Virus record (IMG/VR): IMGVR_UViG_2541047857_000014
Reading direction: 5' to 3' (one strand)
DNA from: a virus
Taxonomy: Duplodnaviria > Heunggongvirae > Uroviricota > Caudoviricetes
DNA: 64,000 bases
The position numbers were made by a program, and so were the translations under genes. The first letter of the stretch is position 1, and each line of letters opens with the position of its first letter. Of this stretch, positions 1-8,278 are shown in pieces. The notes under the pieces are model-generated. The model searched no databases, was not told where the DNA came from, and saw only the letters and a program-made list of their open reading frames with translations.

Positions 1-422
1 ACAAACTCACTGGTTTTCAGGGTGATATTGTCGGCAGCCTCAATAACCATGGATTTGATGCCCCTGACATACCAGCGCCCGGTGGCGGGTTCGTATTCAA
101 ACCAGCCACCGTCAGGATGTTCTGTCACGCAGGCGTCCGCCGACGTCGACGGTGGTGCGAACTGATTCGAATAGACAGCGGGCAGCGCAAAGGCGGTCTC
201 CAGATTGCCGCCCAGACTCAGCAGCACCACCTGCTCACCTTCCGATGGTCGCCACCATGTCCGGGCATTCCCGGCACGCAGGGTCAGCCAGCTGATCCAG
301 TTGGTTTCTAAGTCGCCTGTTTTCACCCGACAAAGCCAGTTTTCCCGGTCCACTTCGGTGACTACCCCAGTGCGGATCAGGTTGGTGATAAGGCGCATGA
401 TTTCGGTTAGTTGTGTGTTCAT
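1..422 (-). CDS. V: baseplate spike/assembly protein V (P2 gpV family); N-terminal part only, gene runs off the window start
   Basis: Reverse translation from ATG at about 420-422 gives MNTQLTEIMRLITNLIRTGVVTEVDRENWLCRVKTGDLETNW..., which matches my recollection of the gpV N-terminus; reading frame stays open to position 1. Confidence 0.7.
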   Translation of the reverse strand, partial: MNTQLTEIMRLITNLIRTGVVTEVDRENWLCRVKTGDLETNWISWLTLRAGNARTWWRPSEGEQVVLLSLGGNLETAFALPAVYSNQFAPPSTSADACVTEHPDGGWFEYEPATGRWYVRGIKSMVIEAADNITLKTSEF

Positions 423-560
423 GAAAATAGACTGCTATATCTCAAAATTGAGAAGTAGCTTTGATAGTTGTATCACGGCTGTCACAAACAACTGGCAAAA
501 AACGACTACTATCTATAAATTATTGAGAGTTATCTCATTAACAAAAAAGAAGCTTGGTAA

Positions 561-2261
561 ATGGAACACTTAAGACAACTGCAAAATAAAACTTCCCTGT
601 TAGAAAAGTACGGGACTAGTAACGCACATCTTTTATGGTCATTAGGTCTTTACTTAGATGAATCCGATTTTGATAAGCTAGCATCTGATGGACTTACTGA
701 TGGTGGAAACGATAAGAAAATAGACTTCATTACCGTAATTAATTCAACGTTATTTATTGCTCAGGGTTACTACTGCAATCAGCAAGCACTTAAAATAGTT
801 GCGCCTGCAAATAAAGCTTCTGACTTAAACACTGCTTTAGCGTGGATTATGGCAGGCTCAGGAGAGTCTCCAAATGCAAAATTAAGAGCAAAAATTTCTG
901 AGGTTAGAAAATTAATTGATGATAACGAAATTGAAGCTGTTGAATTATTATATATCCATAATTGTGCCGAATCTGAGCAGGTTAAAACTGAGCTTGAAAC
1001 TTGTCGTGACTATCTAGCAGGTAGATTTGCAGACAAAGAAATTGAGGTAACTTACAGAGAACTTGGTGTTAATAGTCTTGAAAAATTGTATATTGCGCTA
1101 TCACAACAAATTGTTGTGACTGACAATATAAAGTTCAATGGCGAACTTATAAATTCTGTACAAGGTGATGGCTGGACTTCACATGTTGGCTTTGCAAACG
1201 GCACTTGGCTAAATTATTTATACAAAAATTATGGAGCAGAATTATTTTCTGCTAATTATAGGGGGTTCATGGGATTAAATAAGAGAAGAAAAATAAACTC
1301 ATCAATTAAGAATACCGCAGAAACATCCCCAAAAGACTTCTTTGTCTTTAACAATGGTGTATCAATCCTAACAACAAAATTCAACAAAGAAAAAGGGTTG
1401 TTGGAAGGAGTTTCAATCATAAATGGAGCTCAAACCACTGGTTCTATTGGTTCAGTTCAAGATATACAAAAATTAGATGGCCTAAAAGTCCTTTGTAAGG
1501 TTATTGAATGTAATGATGCGGACAAAGTAAAAAAAATAGTCCAGTATAATAATACTCAGAATCATATTACAACCTGGGATCACTACTCTAACAGCACAGA
1601 ACAAAAACAGGTGGCAGAAGAATTTTCCACTCTTGGTTATACATATTCACTGAAACGCGGCTTCGAAAATACTGGTTCTTTATTTGGCATTGAGTCTGTT
1701 GCTCAACCGCTGATAGCGTTACATGGGGATTATGTTAGCGCCAATAGAGGTAAAAACTACGTTTTCGATACAAAATCAGCCTATGACAATGCCTTTCATG
1801 ATTCGAAAGCCCAGCATATTTTATGTGCTTACACTATTTCAAAAGCTATAGAAAAAGTAAAATCTCAAATCCGTGCAAAAGAGAATAAAATTAAAGTAGA
1901 TGAGGATAACTTATTATTCCTCCAAAATTTAAAGTCTCGATTCTTTTTAATATCCGTCATCGGAGAAATACTTGAAGAATTAACAGATAAACCTTTGAAC
2001 AAGAAGAAAATAAAATATAAATATGATACAGCATTATCTAAAAATAACTCTCTGGATGATTTAATCGACCTTTGGACACCAGTTATAACTGCGATATTAC
2101 CACATGTTATCCGTGTTTCAGGTCAAGATTTAACCACCTACTTATCTGTAACAGACAACCCGTTATCTATCGTATCAAAGGAAGTTAAAAACATATTAAC
2201 ATCCTTAAAAGCGTTCCAACCGATTGAGCCATTAATTACTCTTTCAAATCACCTTGAATAA
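561..2261 (+). CDS. AIPR-like abortive infection protein (putative), cargo gene
   Basis: 566-aa ORF with motifs FVFNNGVSIL and INGAQTTGS that I associate with the AIPR family; AT-rich; opposite strand to the flanking late genes; own terminator. Confidence 0.55.
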   Translation: MEHLRQLQNKTSLLEKYGTSNAHLLWSLGLYLDESDFDKLASDGLTDGGNDKKIDFITVINSTLFIAQGYYCNQQALKIVAPANKASDLNTALAWIMAGSGESPNAKLRAKISEVRKLIDDNEIEAVELLYIHNCAESEQVKTELETCRDYLAGRFADKEIEVTYRELGVNSLEKLYIALSQQIVVTDNIKFNGELINSVQGDGWTSHVGFANGTWLNYLYKNYGAELFSANYRGFMGLNKRRKINSSIKNTAETSPKDFFVFNNGVSILTTKFNKEKGLLEGVSIINGAQTTGSIGSVQDIQKLDGLKVLCKVIECNDADKVKKIVQYNNTQNHITTWDHYSNSTEQKQVAEEFSTLGYTYSLKRGFENTGSLFGIESVAQPLIALHGDYVSANRGKNYVFDTKSAYDNAFHDSKAQHILCAYTISKAIEKVKSQIRAKENKIKVDEDNLLFLQNLKSRFFLISVIGEILEELTDKPLNKKKIKYKYDTALSKNNSLDDLIDLWTPVITAILPHVIRVSGQDLTTYLSVTDNPLSIVSKEVKNILTSLKAFQPIEPLITLSNHLE

Positions 2262-2264
2262 ATA

Positions 2265-2290
2265 ACGGGTGGCCTCCTAGGCCACCCGTT
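2265..2290. terminator. hairpin terminator between AIPR-like gene and gene S
   Basis: Inverted repeat acgggtggcc/ggccacccgt with 5-nt loop followed by a T-rich run; lies between convergent genes. Confidence 0.55.
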
Positions 2291-2316
2291 CATAACTTAT
2301 TTTTAATCTAAAATTT

Positions 2317-2775
2317 TTACGGCTTATTGTTATTAATTAACCATTGATAAAAAACATTCTTAACGTTGTTCTCAATATCATTGTTAATACCCAACAAACG
2401 CCGCTCTGCATACCGTACGTCCGGTCCTTTGCGACTGACGCGATCACGCAGACCGTAATGGTGAACACGGGCAATGCGCTGTACCTTACCTTCAAACTGC
2501 ACGCTGGCAGAGTCGGCGCTGGCGGCAGTTTTCAGGTATTTTGTGGTGCGCAGCTTTGCAAACATCTGACGTTTGATACGGCCTTTTTTACTGCGTGCTG
2601 TTACCCGTCGCGGTTCATAGCTGCTGCCGTCAGGGTTGCGCTGCATCCTGATATTCTGCTGCTGTGTCCGGCGAAGTTCCTGCGCCAGCTGGCGCATCAT
2701 GCGGCTTCTCGAGGCTGGTTCCAGATTCGCCAGCAAGGCACTCAGCCAGTCGTCCACCTTCTGCAGTTCAGCCAC
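2317..2775 (-). CDS. S: tail completion / virion morphogenesis protein S (P2 gpS family)
   Basis: 152-aa ORF, GTG start, in conserved P2 order downstream of R; overlaps R stop. Confidence 0.8.
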   Translation of the reverse strand: MAELQKVDDWLSALLANLEPASRSRMMRQLAQELRRTQQQNIRMQRNPDGSSYEPRRVTARSKKGRIKRQMFAKLRTTKYLKTAASADSASVQFEGKVQRIARVHHYGLRDRVSRKGPDVRYAERRLLGINNDIENNVKNVFYQWLINNNKP

Positions 2776-3220
2776 ATTTCACCGTCCACATTTCTTCAGG
2801 TGCATCAGGTTCCGCTATAGCTTCAACGCTCGACACACTGCCGTCAGTGCTGACCAGCACACGTTCCGTCAGTTGCAGGTTCAGGCTGATATCACAGACA
2901 TCGTTGCGCAGAATATCCACCTCAAAGGTGAATAGCTTTTCCCGTAACGCCGGGTTATTGATGGCATCGGGCTGGTTATCCCTCAGCCACAGCAAAACCG
3001 GGGCCATCAGCAGATTCTGGTCGCCGCTGAAATCCTCAATCACCGCGTTCAGTGTGTAACGGTACTCCCACGACATGGAGCTGGCCCCCGTGGCAACCAG
3101 CGAACCGTTATCCACAAACAGATGCAGTTTGTCCGGGTTATTGCGGACATAAGGCACCGCTTTATTGAGGGCGTGGCGCAGGGATTGTGGTTTGTTCACT
3201 GTTTCGCTCCTGACACGCAA
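2768..3220 (-). CDS. R: tail completion protein R (P2 gpR family)
   Basis: ORF contains QSLRHALNKAVPYVRNNPDKLHLFVDNGS resembling P2 gpR; likely true start is GTG at about 3199 preceded by AGGAG. Confidence 0.75.
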   Translation of the reverse strand: MRVRSETVNKPQSLRHALNKAVPYVRNNPDKLHLFVDNGSLVATGASSMSWEYRYTLNAVIEDFSGDQNLLMAPVLLWLRDNQPDAINNPALREKLFTFEVDILRNDVCDISLNLQLTERVLVSTDGSVSSVEAIAEPDAPEEMWTVKCG

Positions 3221-3452
3221 TAATCATGTCCACTTTGTCTGCACAGACCGCCCAGGCGGCCTCCGTTTCATCCAGCAACGCGTTCAGATCACCGTTAGTG
3301 CGCGGCGTTGCCTGATCCAGCCGACACGGCGTCACTCGCGGACAACCACTGACGGTAAGCCATACCTCCGGTGAGTGCCGGACGTTTCCGCAGCCGGATA
3401 ATGTCAGCAGGCAAAGGAGTATCAGCCCAGCGGCGTAAATCCTCGTTCTCAC
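3162..3452 (-). CDS. lysC: LysC-like outer-membrane spanin lipoprotein (Rz1-type), overlapping lysB in another frame
   Basis: N-terminal signal MRTRIYAAGLILLCLLTLSGC with lipobox LSGC; begins inside the lysB frame as in P2 lysB/lysC. Confidence 0.6.
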   Translation of the reverse strand: MRTRIYAAGLILLCLLTLSGCGNVRHSPEVWLTVSGCPRVTPCRLDQATPRTNGDLNALLDETEAAWAVCADKVDMIIACQERNSEQTTIPAPRPQ

Positions 3453-3723
3453 GTTTCAGTTCCTCGATCCGGTGTTGTCGTTGTCTCAGCAGCGTGCTGG
3501 TCTGTTCTGCTTCGGCATAGAGCCGCGCCTGCTCCCGGTTATTGGTTTCAGTCAGAATGGACAGGCTGATAAGCTGGCTATTGCTCTTTGCCAGTGCCTG
3601 GCTTTTGCTCTGCAGCTCGTCTGCCTGCGTGCTGATGGTCTGGCTGGCATCAGCCAGCCGCCACGTCTGCCAGCCCAGCGCCGCCAGTAATAACGTCAGC
3701 ACAACCAGCAGCAACCGGTTCAT
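3295..3723 (-). CDS. lysB: LysB-like inner-membrane spanin (Rz-type)
   Basis: 142-aa ORF with N-terminal TM segment and coiled-coil-like body (ELQSKSQALAKSNSQL, IEELKRENEDLRRW); position after lysA. Confidence 0.7.
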   Translation of the reverse strand: MNRLLLVVLTLLLAALGWQTWRLADASQTISTQADELQSKSQALAKSNSQLISLSILTETNNREQARLYAEAEQTSTLLRQRQHRIEELKRENEDLRRWADTPLPADIIRLRKRPALTGGMAYRQWLSASDAVSAGSGNAAH

Positions 3724-4097
3724 GCTGCTACCTGTTGCGCCATCTGATTACGGGTGATCCAGAAGGCAATAACGGTCAGTAGATAAAAGACCAGGGTAAT
3801 AGCCCACCCCGTCCAGGCGAGACTTACAACAATCAGCAATCGCATCACCCAACTGGTAAATACGTTTTCTTTTCGAGTAATTGTCTTCAGCAAAGATGCC
3901 CTTAACTCCTGCCAGAGCGGGCCATTCTTAATTAACGCAGCCAGTGCTACCGGAATTACCGCCCATGTCAGCAAACAGGCTACCCAAACGCCGGACGCTG
4001 CCAGTACCGGAAAAATCCCCTGCGGATACACCATTGCTGCGATTAACAGCGCCATCCATAACATCAGAAACAGTCCGCTGATTAATTTCTTTTTCAT
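3720..4097 (-). CDS. lysA: LysA-like lysis accessory membrane protein
   Basis: ATG at 4097 directly after endolysin stop (start MKKKLISGLFLMLWMALLIAAMV); several hydrophobic segments; P2 lysis-cassette position. Confidence 0.55.
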   Translation of the reverse strand: MKKKLISGLFLMLWMALLIAAMVYPQGIFPVLAASGVWVACLLTWAVIPVALAALIKNGPLWQELRASLLKTITRKENVFTSWVMRLLIVVSLAWTGWAITLVFYLLTVIAFWITRNQMAQQVAA

Positions 4098-4098
4098 T

Positions 4099-4611
4099 TC
4101 AGTTTGCTCCCTGTAAACACCAGGCCATCTCCCGCGCACGGCGGTTATCCAGCCCCTGATTAAAAACACCTTTCACATAAACCCAGCGCGGCAACTGTCG
4201 GCATGCATCCGCCCAGCGCCGCTGATTGAGCAATTTCACCAGCGTGGAACTACAGGCATTGCCCGTCCCCACGTTGAAGGCAAACGACACCGTAGCGTCA
4301 TACACCTTCTGCGGCGGCTGTTGCTTCACACACCTTTCCAACGCCCGCTCCACTCGTAGCACGTTGGAGATCAGCCCTTCAGCTGCCTGTCGTTCCGTAA
4401 TAATTTTGCCGGGAATGACGCCCGACGTATTACCAATGCCGTCGGTCCAGACACCCGCGCTGCACTGATACGGCTGCAGACGACAGCCTTCATAATCAGC
4501 GATCAGTTTCAGTCCCTCCTCGGAGGTGTGAAGCTGCTGAAACCCCGGCAGCGTGGCAGCAATAGCCAGCACGGCCCCGACAAGGCAGCGTTTAACGATT
4601 GATGGATTCAT
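4099..4611 (-). CDS. K: endolysin, lysozyme family with N-terminal signal-anchor (P2 gpK-like)
   Basis: 170-aa ORF; N-terminal hydrophobic segment then lysozyme-like core (EGCRLQPYQCSAGVWTDGIGNT, FAFNVGTGN); overlaps holin gene end. Confidence 0.8.
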   Translation of the reverse strand: MNPSIVKRCLVGAVLAIAATLPGFQQLHTSEEGLKLIADYEGCRLQPYQCSAGVWTDGIGNTSGVIPGKIITERQAAEGLISNVLRVERALERCVKQQPPQKVYDATVSFAFNVGTGNACSSTLVKLLNQRRWADACRQLPRWVYVKGVFNQGLDNRRAREMAWCLQGAN

Positions 4612-4807
4612 AGTCCTCCCGCGAGATCTGCCCGTCGCGCAGAAGCTGGTAGGCTTTGTGTTTGTAGTACCAGTTGATAGCCAGCATCAGCACACCGATC
4701 ATCAGGCCGCCCAGCGTTGAGGCATCCTTGATGGACAAATCGCCCAGCCAGGCCAGCACGACGGCGATGCAATACGTGATAAAGGCGCTGATTCGCTCAA
4801 GCGTCAT
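4592..4807 (-). CDS. Y: holin (P2 gpY-like)
   Basis: 71-aa protein with two hydrophobic helices and charged C-terminus, immediately upstream of endolysin. Confidence 0.7.
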   Translation of the reverse strand: MTLERISAFITYCIAVVLAWLGDLSIKDASTLGGLMIGVLMLAINWYYKHKAYQLLRDGQISREDYESINR

Positions 4808-4810
4808 AAT

Positions 4811-5014
4811 TCAGTCCCATAGCTGGACGGTCTGCACGGTGGTGGTGGTCGGAATGTCCGGCAGCTCCACCTGCAGCCCGTGAGGTAAAAAGGGGCCGTA
4901 TTCGGCAAGCCCCGGATTTGCCTTCAGTACCTGCTCCGTGACACCCTGCGTGCGCCCGTAATGACGCCAGCAAAGTGCGTCCACCGTGTCATACTGATGC
5001 GCACGCACTTTCAT
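4811..5014 (-). CDS. X: tail protein X (P2 gpX family)
   Basis: 67-aa ORF MKVRAHQYDTVDALCWRHYGRTQGVTEQVLKANPGLAEYGPFLPHG closely resembling P2 gpX. Confidence 0.8.
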   Translation of the reverse strand: MKVRAHQYDTVDALCWRHYGRTQGVTEQVLKANPGLAEYGPFLPHGLQVELPDIPTTTTVQTVQLWD

Positions 5015-5478
5015 CAGATAAGCTCCACTGTGCAGTGCGGCGCATCCTGCACCCGGCTGATGGCCCAGCGGGCGTCACGCCATAAATCACCGCTTGCTTC
5101 CGCCAGTTCCTCGCCTCGCTTCGCACCGGATGCCGTGGCGTCATAGTCCTGGTAACGTTCGTTGAGCATGGCGCGTGCCCAGCAGTAAACCGCGTTGAAA
5201 TAGTGCTGAATGCGCTCGCTTTTGCCGTCCAGTTGTTCCGCCGGGACTTCTGCCAGCGAGGCATACCCCAGCATCTGCTGGCGTCTGCGAAACTCATACA
5301 GCTCTGCGTTGACCTCCGAAATTGCCGACAGGGCAACCTGTTTTAAACGCGGCTGCGTCACCGTGCCGTCAGTGCGCATCACACTGCGAAACTCCGACAG
5401 GTCCACATCAGGCCAGAACGGCGTATTCCTGATGATTTCCGCCTGTTCCGGTGCCTGTTCTGGCGCAACAAACTTCAT
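5014..5478 (-). CDS. L: head completion/stabilization protein L (P2 gpL family)
   Basis: ORF 5014-5541; ATG at 5478 is preceded by AGGAGA and gives MKFVAPEQ...; conserved position between M and X. Confidence 0.75.
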   Translation of the reverse strand: MKFVAPEQAPEQAEIIRNTPFWPDVDLSEFRSVMRTDGTVTQPRLKQVALSAISEVNAELYEFRRRQQMLGYASLAEVPAEQLDGKSERIQHYFNAVYCWARAMLNERYQDYDATASGAKRGEELAEASGDLWRDARWAISRVQDAPHCTVELI

Positions 5479-5573
5479 GCTGCTTTCTCCTGAAATAGAG
5501 GGCGGTGGACGGGGTTTTGATGTGGCAGTGCCTTTCGCCACCCCGTGCCGCCCGTGCGCGGGGGCACGTTCTG

Positions 5574-6224
5574 TCAGCGGCTGTCATTGCGCAGTCTGCG
5601 CTCTAGCTGCTGTTTGTCTTTTTTCACGCCACAGCGGGGATCGAGCTGTAACGCATGGTTGAGATGATTAAGGGCAGACGCCGGATTTCTTTCACTCAGG
5701 ACAGCGCCAATCGCTTTATGCAGACGCGCCCGTGACTGGTCCGGCATATCCATACCGTCTGTCAGCTCCAGGGTCTTCAGCAACAGATCGGTATCAAAGC
5801 CGGTGGCGGCAAGCATTGCGCTCTGGGCTGCATCTGCCATTTCCTCTGCCAGCACGGTCTGCACGTTGCGGTTACCTAACGGCATCACCCAGCCATGACG
5901 CAGGGCGTGACGCCCGATCTCCAGCGCCCCGGCATAATCTCCGGCATCAATGCGCCACAGCATCACGTACATCAGCACGTCATCCTGTTGAGCGCCTCCG
6001 GCAGCCAGGACACCCTCCGCCCAGGCGGCGTACTTCGGCAGCAGCTCCACCTTGATTTCCGCTTTTTTGACCGTGGACTGAACGCCCTTGAGACGGCGGC
6101 GGTCTTCCGCCAGTTGCAGCAGCATCAGGTCATAGCCCGACGCGTGGCGAACGCTGCCGCCCTCGCGGGCGGCCTGTTCAGCCTGAACGCGCAGGCGATG
6201 CTGCCGTGCGGGACTCAGGCTCAT
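5574..6224 (-). CDS. M: terminase endonuclease subunit M (P2 gpM family)
   Basis: 216-aa ORF in conserved head-gene order N-M-L. Confidence 0.8.
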   Translation of the reverse strand: MSLSPARQHRLRVQAEQAAREGGSVRHASGYDLMLLQLAEDRRRLKGVQSTVKKAEIKVELLPKYAAWAEGVLAAGGAQQDDVLMYVMLWRIDAGDYAGALEIGRHALRHGWVMPLGNRNVQTVLAEEMADAAQSAMLAATGFDTDLLLKTLELTDGMDMPDQSRARLHKAIGAVLSERNPASALNHLNHALQLDPRCGVKKDKQQLERRLRNDSR

Positions 6225-6227
6225 GAA

Positions 6228-7286
6228 TTACGCTCCGGTTTCTGCTGCTGCGGCGCTGAAGTCGCCAATCTGGATGTTTTCCACCAGTGCGGCGCAGCGG
6301 TAGTCCTCAACCACATAGGCTTCGTTAACGGATTCAAAGTTTTCAATCCGGTCACGTTTCGGGTTGTCGATAACTGAGCGGCGGCGGGTGTCTTCCTGCC
6401 AGTAGATGGACAGGTTATCCAGACGGGTGATCAGCAGTGCATTCGGCGGGAAGAACGGCGCACGCACGGCCTGCAGGCCACCCATGCGTTTCTGACTGAT
6501 GATCATATCAGCAGCCAGTTTTTCACTGTTTTCCTGCTCTTTGTTGACCAGCGGGAAATACTTGTCAGACAGCAGTTCACGACCGCAAATCACCACCAGA
6601 TCGTCATCGTCCTGGTAGACCACATCGATAAGCTCATTGACGGCATCCATCACCACGGCGTCCAGGTTGGCATATTCGCCACCTTTCCCGACTTTCACCG
6701 CACCCGGTGTGGTTTCACCGCCCGTGGTGGTGCTGCCCATGACGTGATCCGGTGCATCTTCACGGATTTTCTGCAGCCAGCCTTTGTTCACATCCTGCAG
6801 CAGCGGGTTTTCGCTACGGTTGGAGGTTTTCGCACGCTTCACGCCGTTAAAGCCGATCATGATGCGGTCCAGAGCCTGACGTTTCACGATGGCGTCACGG
6901 ATGCGCACCTGGAAATCCTGAAACTTCGCCCACAGGTCCAGCTTCGCGTAGGTCAGCACCGTGTCAAAGTTGGTCTGCTCGCATTTATATTCCACATCGA
7001 CCATCAGCGTCGGATCGACAGGTTCACGCTCTTTCGCGGTGGTGTCAGTGGTTCCGGCAATGGTGCTGCCAACTCCCAGCCCCAGCAGCTGACCGGACTG
7101 CTCAGTCACTGGCGTGACGTTAATCAGCGTCAGGAAAGCGGCGGACTGCTGGATCTGGTCTTCCAGCGTCTGCTGCACAGACGGCTCCACGGTGAACTTG
7201 CTGGACAGTTCTTCAACTGCCACACCGTTCAGACGCGCCAGCTGCTGCAGGTAAGCGTTAAAAGCAAAGCGGGTATTCTTCTTCAT
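6228..7286 (-). CDS. N: major capsid protein N (P2 gpN family)
   Basis: 352-aa ORF directly downstream of scaffold gene; size and order as in P2. Confidence 0.85.
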   Translation of the reverse strand: MKKNTRFAFNAYLQQLARLNGVAVEELSSKFTVEPSVQQTLEDQIQQSAAFLTLINVTPVTEQSGQLLGLGVGSTIAGTTDTTAKEREPVDPTLMVDVEYKCEQTNFDTVLTYAKLDLWAKFQDFQVRIRDAIVKRQALDRIMIGFNGVKRAKTSNRSENPLLQDVNKGWLQKIREDAPDHVMGSTTTGGETTPGAVKVGKGGEYANLDAVVMDAVNELIDVVYQDDDDLVVICGRELLSDKYFPLVNKEQENSEKLAADMIISQKRMGGLQAVRAPFFPPNALLITRLDNLSIYWQEDTRRRSVIDNPKRDRIENFESVNEAYVVEDYRCAALVENIQIGDFSAAAAETGA

Positions 7287-7302
7287 CGGGTTTTGTGCTC
7301 CA

Positions 7303-8136
7303 TCAGCAATTGGTCAGAGTGTCAGCGGGGGCGTTACCGCCTGTTGCACGCTGGCGGTAGTCCTGGCGACTGTCTTCATGACTCAGCTTGTCCACCAGTT
7401 CGTTAAAGGCGGTTTGCTGTGCCTGCAGGGCAGTCTCCAGCTCAGACAGGCGTTCTTCCTGCTCAGACAGGGATTTTTCGGTGCGTGCGCTCAGGTTCTG
7501 CTGCTCAGTGGCGACCAGCTCCACGGCCTTATGCACATCAGAGAACCGGGCGTCATCGGACTGCTCTTTTTTGGTAAACAGCGCCGTGACGCGGGCAAAC
7601 AGGGACGGTTTGTCGTCCTGGATTTCTTCCAGTTCGATCACCGTTTCCTCTGCAGCGGTAAAGAGATTGGCAGGATTCTGCTTGCGGTTTGCCAGCAGGT
7701 TATGGGCTGCACTGGCGCTGAATGTCAGCATTTCCGTACCCAGACTGGCAGGGTCATCAGTGGCAGCCAGGCCGACCAGATAGGCTTTGCCCGTATCAGC
7801 GAACTTCGGGCTGACTTCCATAGAGGTGAATAATTTCTGGCCTTTTTTCACCAGTTCCACCAGGGACTCCGTTGGCTCAACGTCGGCATACAGCGCCATC
7901 TTGCCTGCCAGCGGACCTTCCGTGATTTCTTCAGCAAACAGCGCCGTCACCTTGCCGTAGCGGTTAAAGGTGCTGTCCGGCAGATAAGACTTGATGTGCT
8001 CAAGGTTAATCAGCGCGGTATACACCGCCGGGTTGTAGCTGGCTGCCATCTGTTCCAGCCATTCACGCTGGATTTCGCGTCCGTCGGTGGTGGCACCTTC
8101 CACCCCGATGCGAAAACGCTTTGCTTTCACTGTCAT
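7303..8136 (-). CDS. O: capsid scaffolding protein O (P2 gpO family)
   Basis: 277-aa ORF, acidic coiled-coil C-terminal half; divergent from P/Q as in P2. Confidence 0.85.
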   Translation of the reverse strand: MTVKAKRFRIGVEGATTDGREIQREWLEQMAASYNPAVYTALINLEHIKSYLPDSTFNRYGKVTALFAEEITEGPLAGKMALYADVEPTESLVELVKKGQKLFTSMEVSPKFADTGKAYLVGLAATDDPASLGTEMLTFSASAAHNLLANRKQNPANLFTAAEETVIELEEIQDDKPSLFARVTALFTKKEQSDDARFSDVHKAVELVATEQQNLSARTEKSLSEQEERLSELETALQAQQTAFNELVDKLSHEDSRQDYRQRATGGNAPADTLTNC

Positions 8137-8278
8137 GAGCCGTGCTCCGTTAGAAAAAACTTACTGGAGCCTTATGGTTGCGGTGATGGGGGCAGTGAAA
8201 CAATGCGCGGTATTTGTACCGACAACCACACAAACCGCAGGCGGGGAAAGCCTTCATTCAAGGCTGTAGGTTTGTGCC

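Noticed and set aside
2344-2820. ORFs on the strand opposite to well-supported phage genes, e.g. 2344-2820, 6744-7406, 7378-7833, 8831-9613, 33981-34478, 35727-36056, 38094-38510, 44000-44509, 50547-50819
   Set aside because: They lie entirely within confidently assigned genes on the other strand, have no RBS and have Arg/Ala-rich composition typical of shadow frames.
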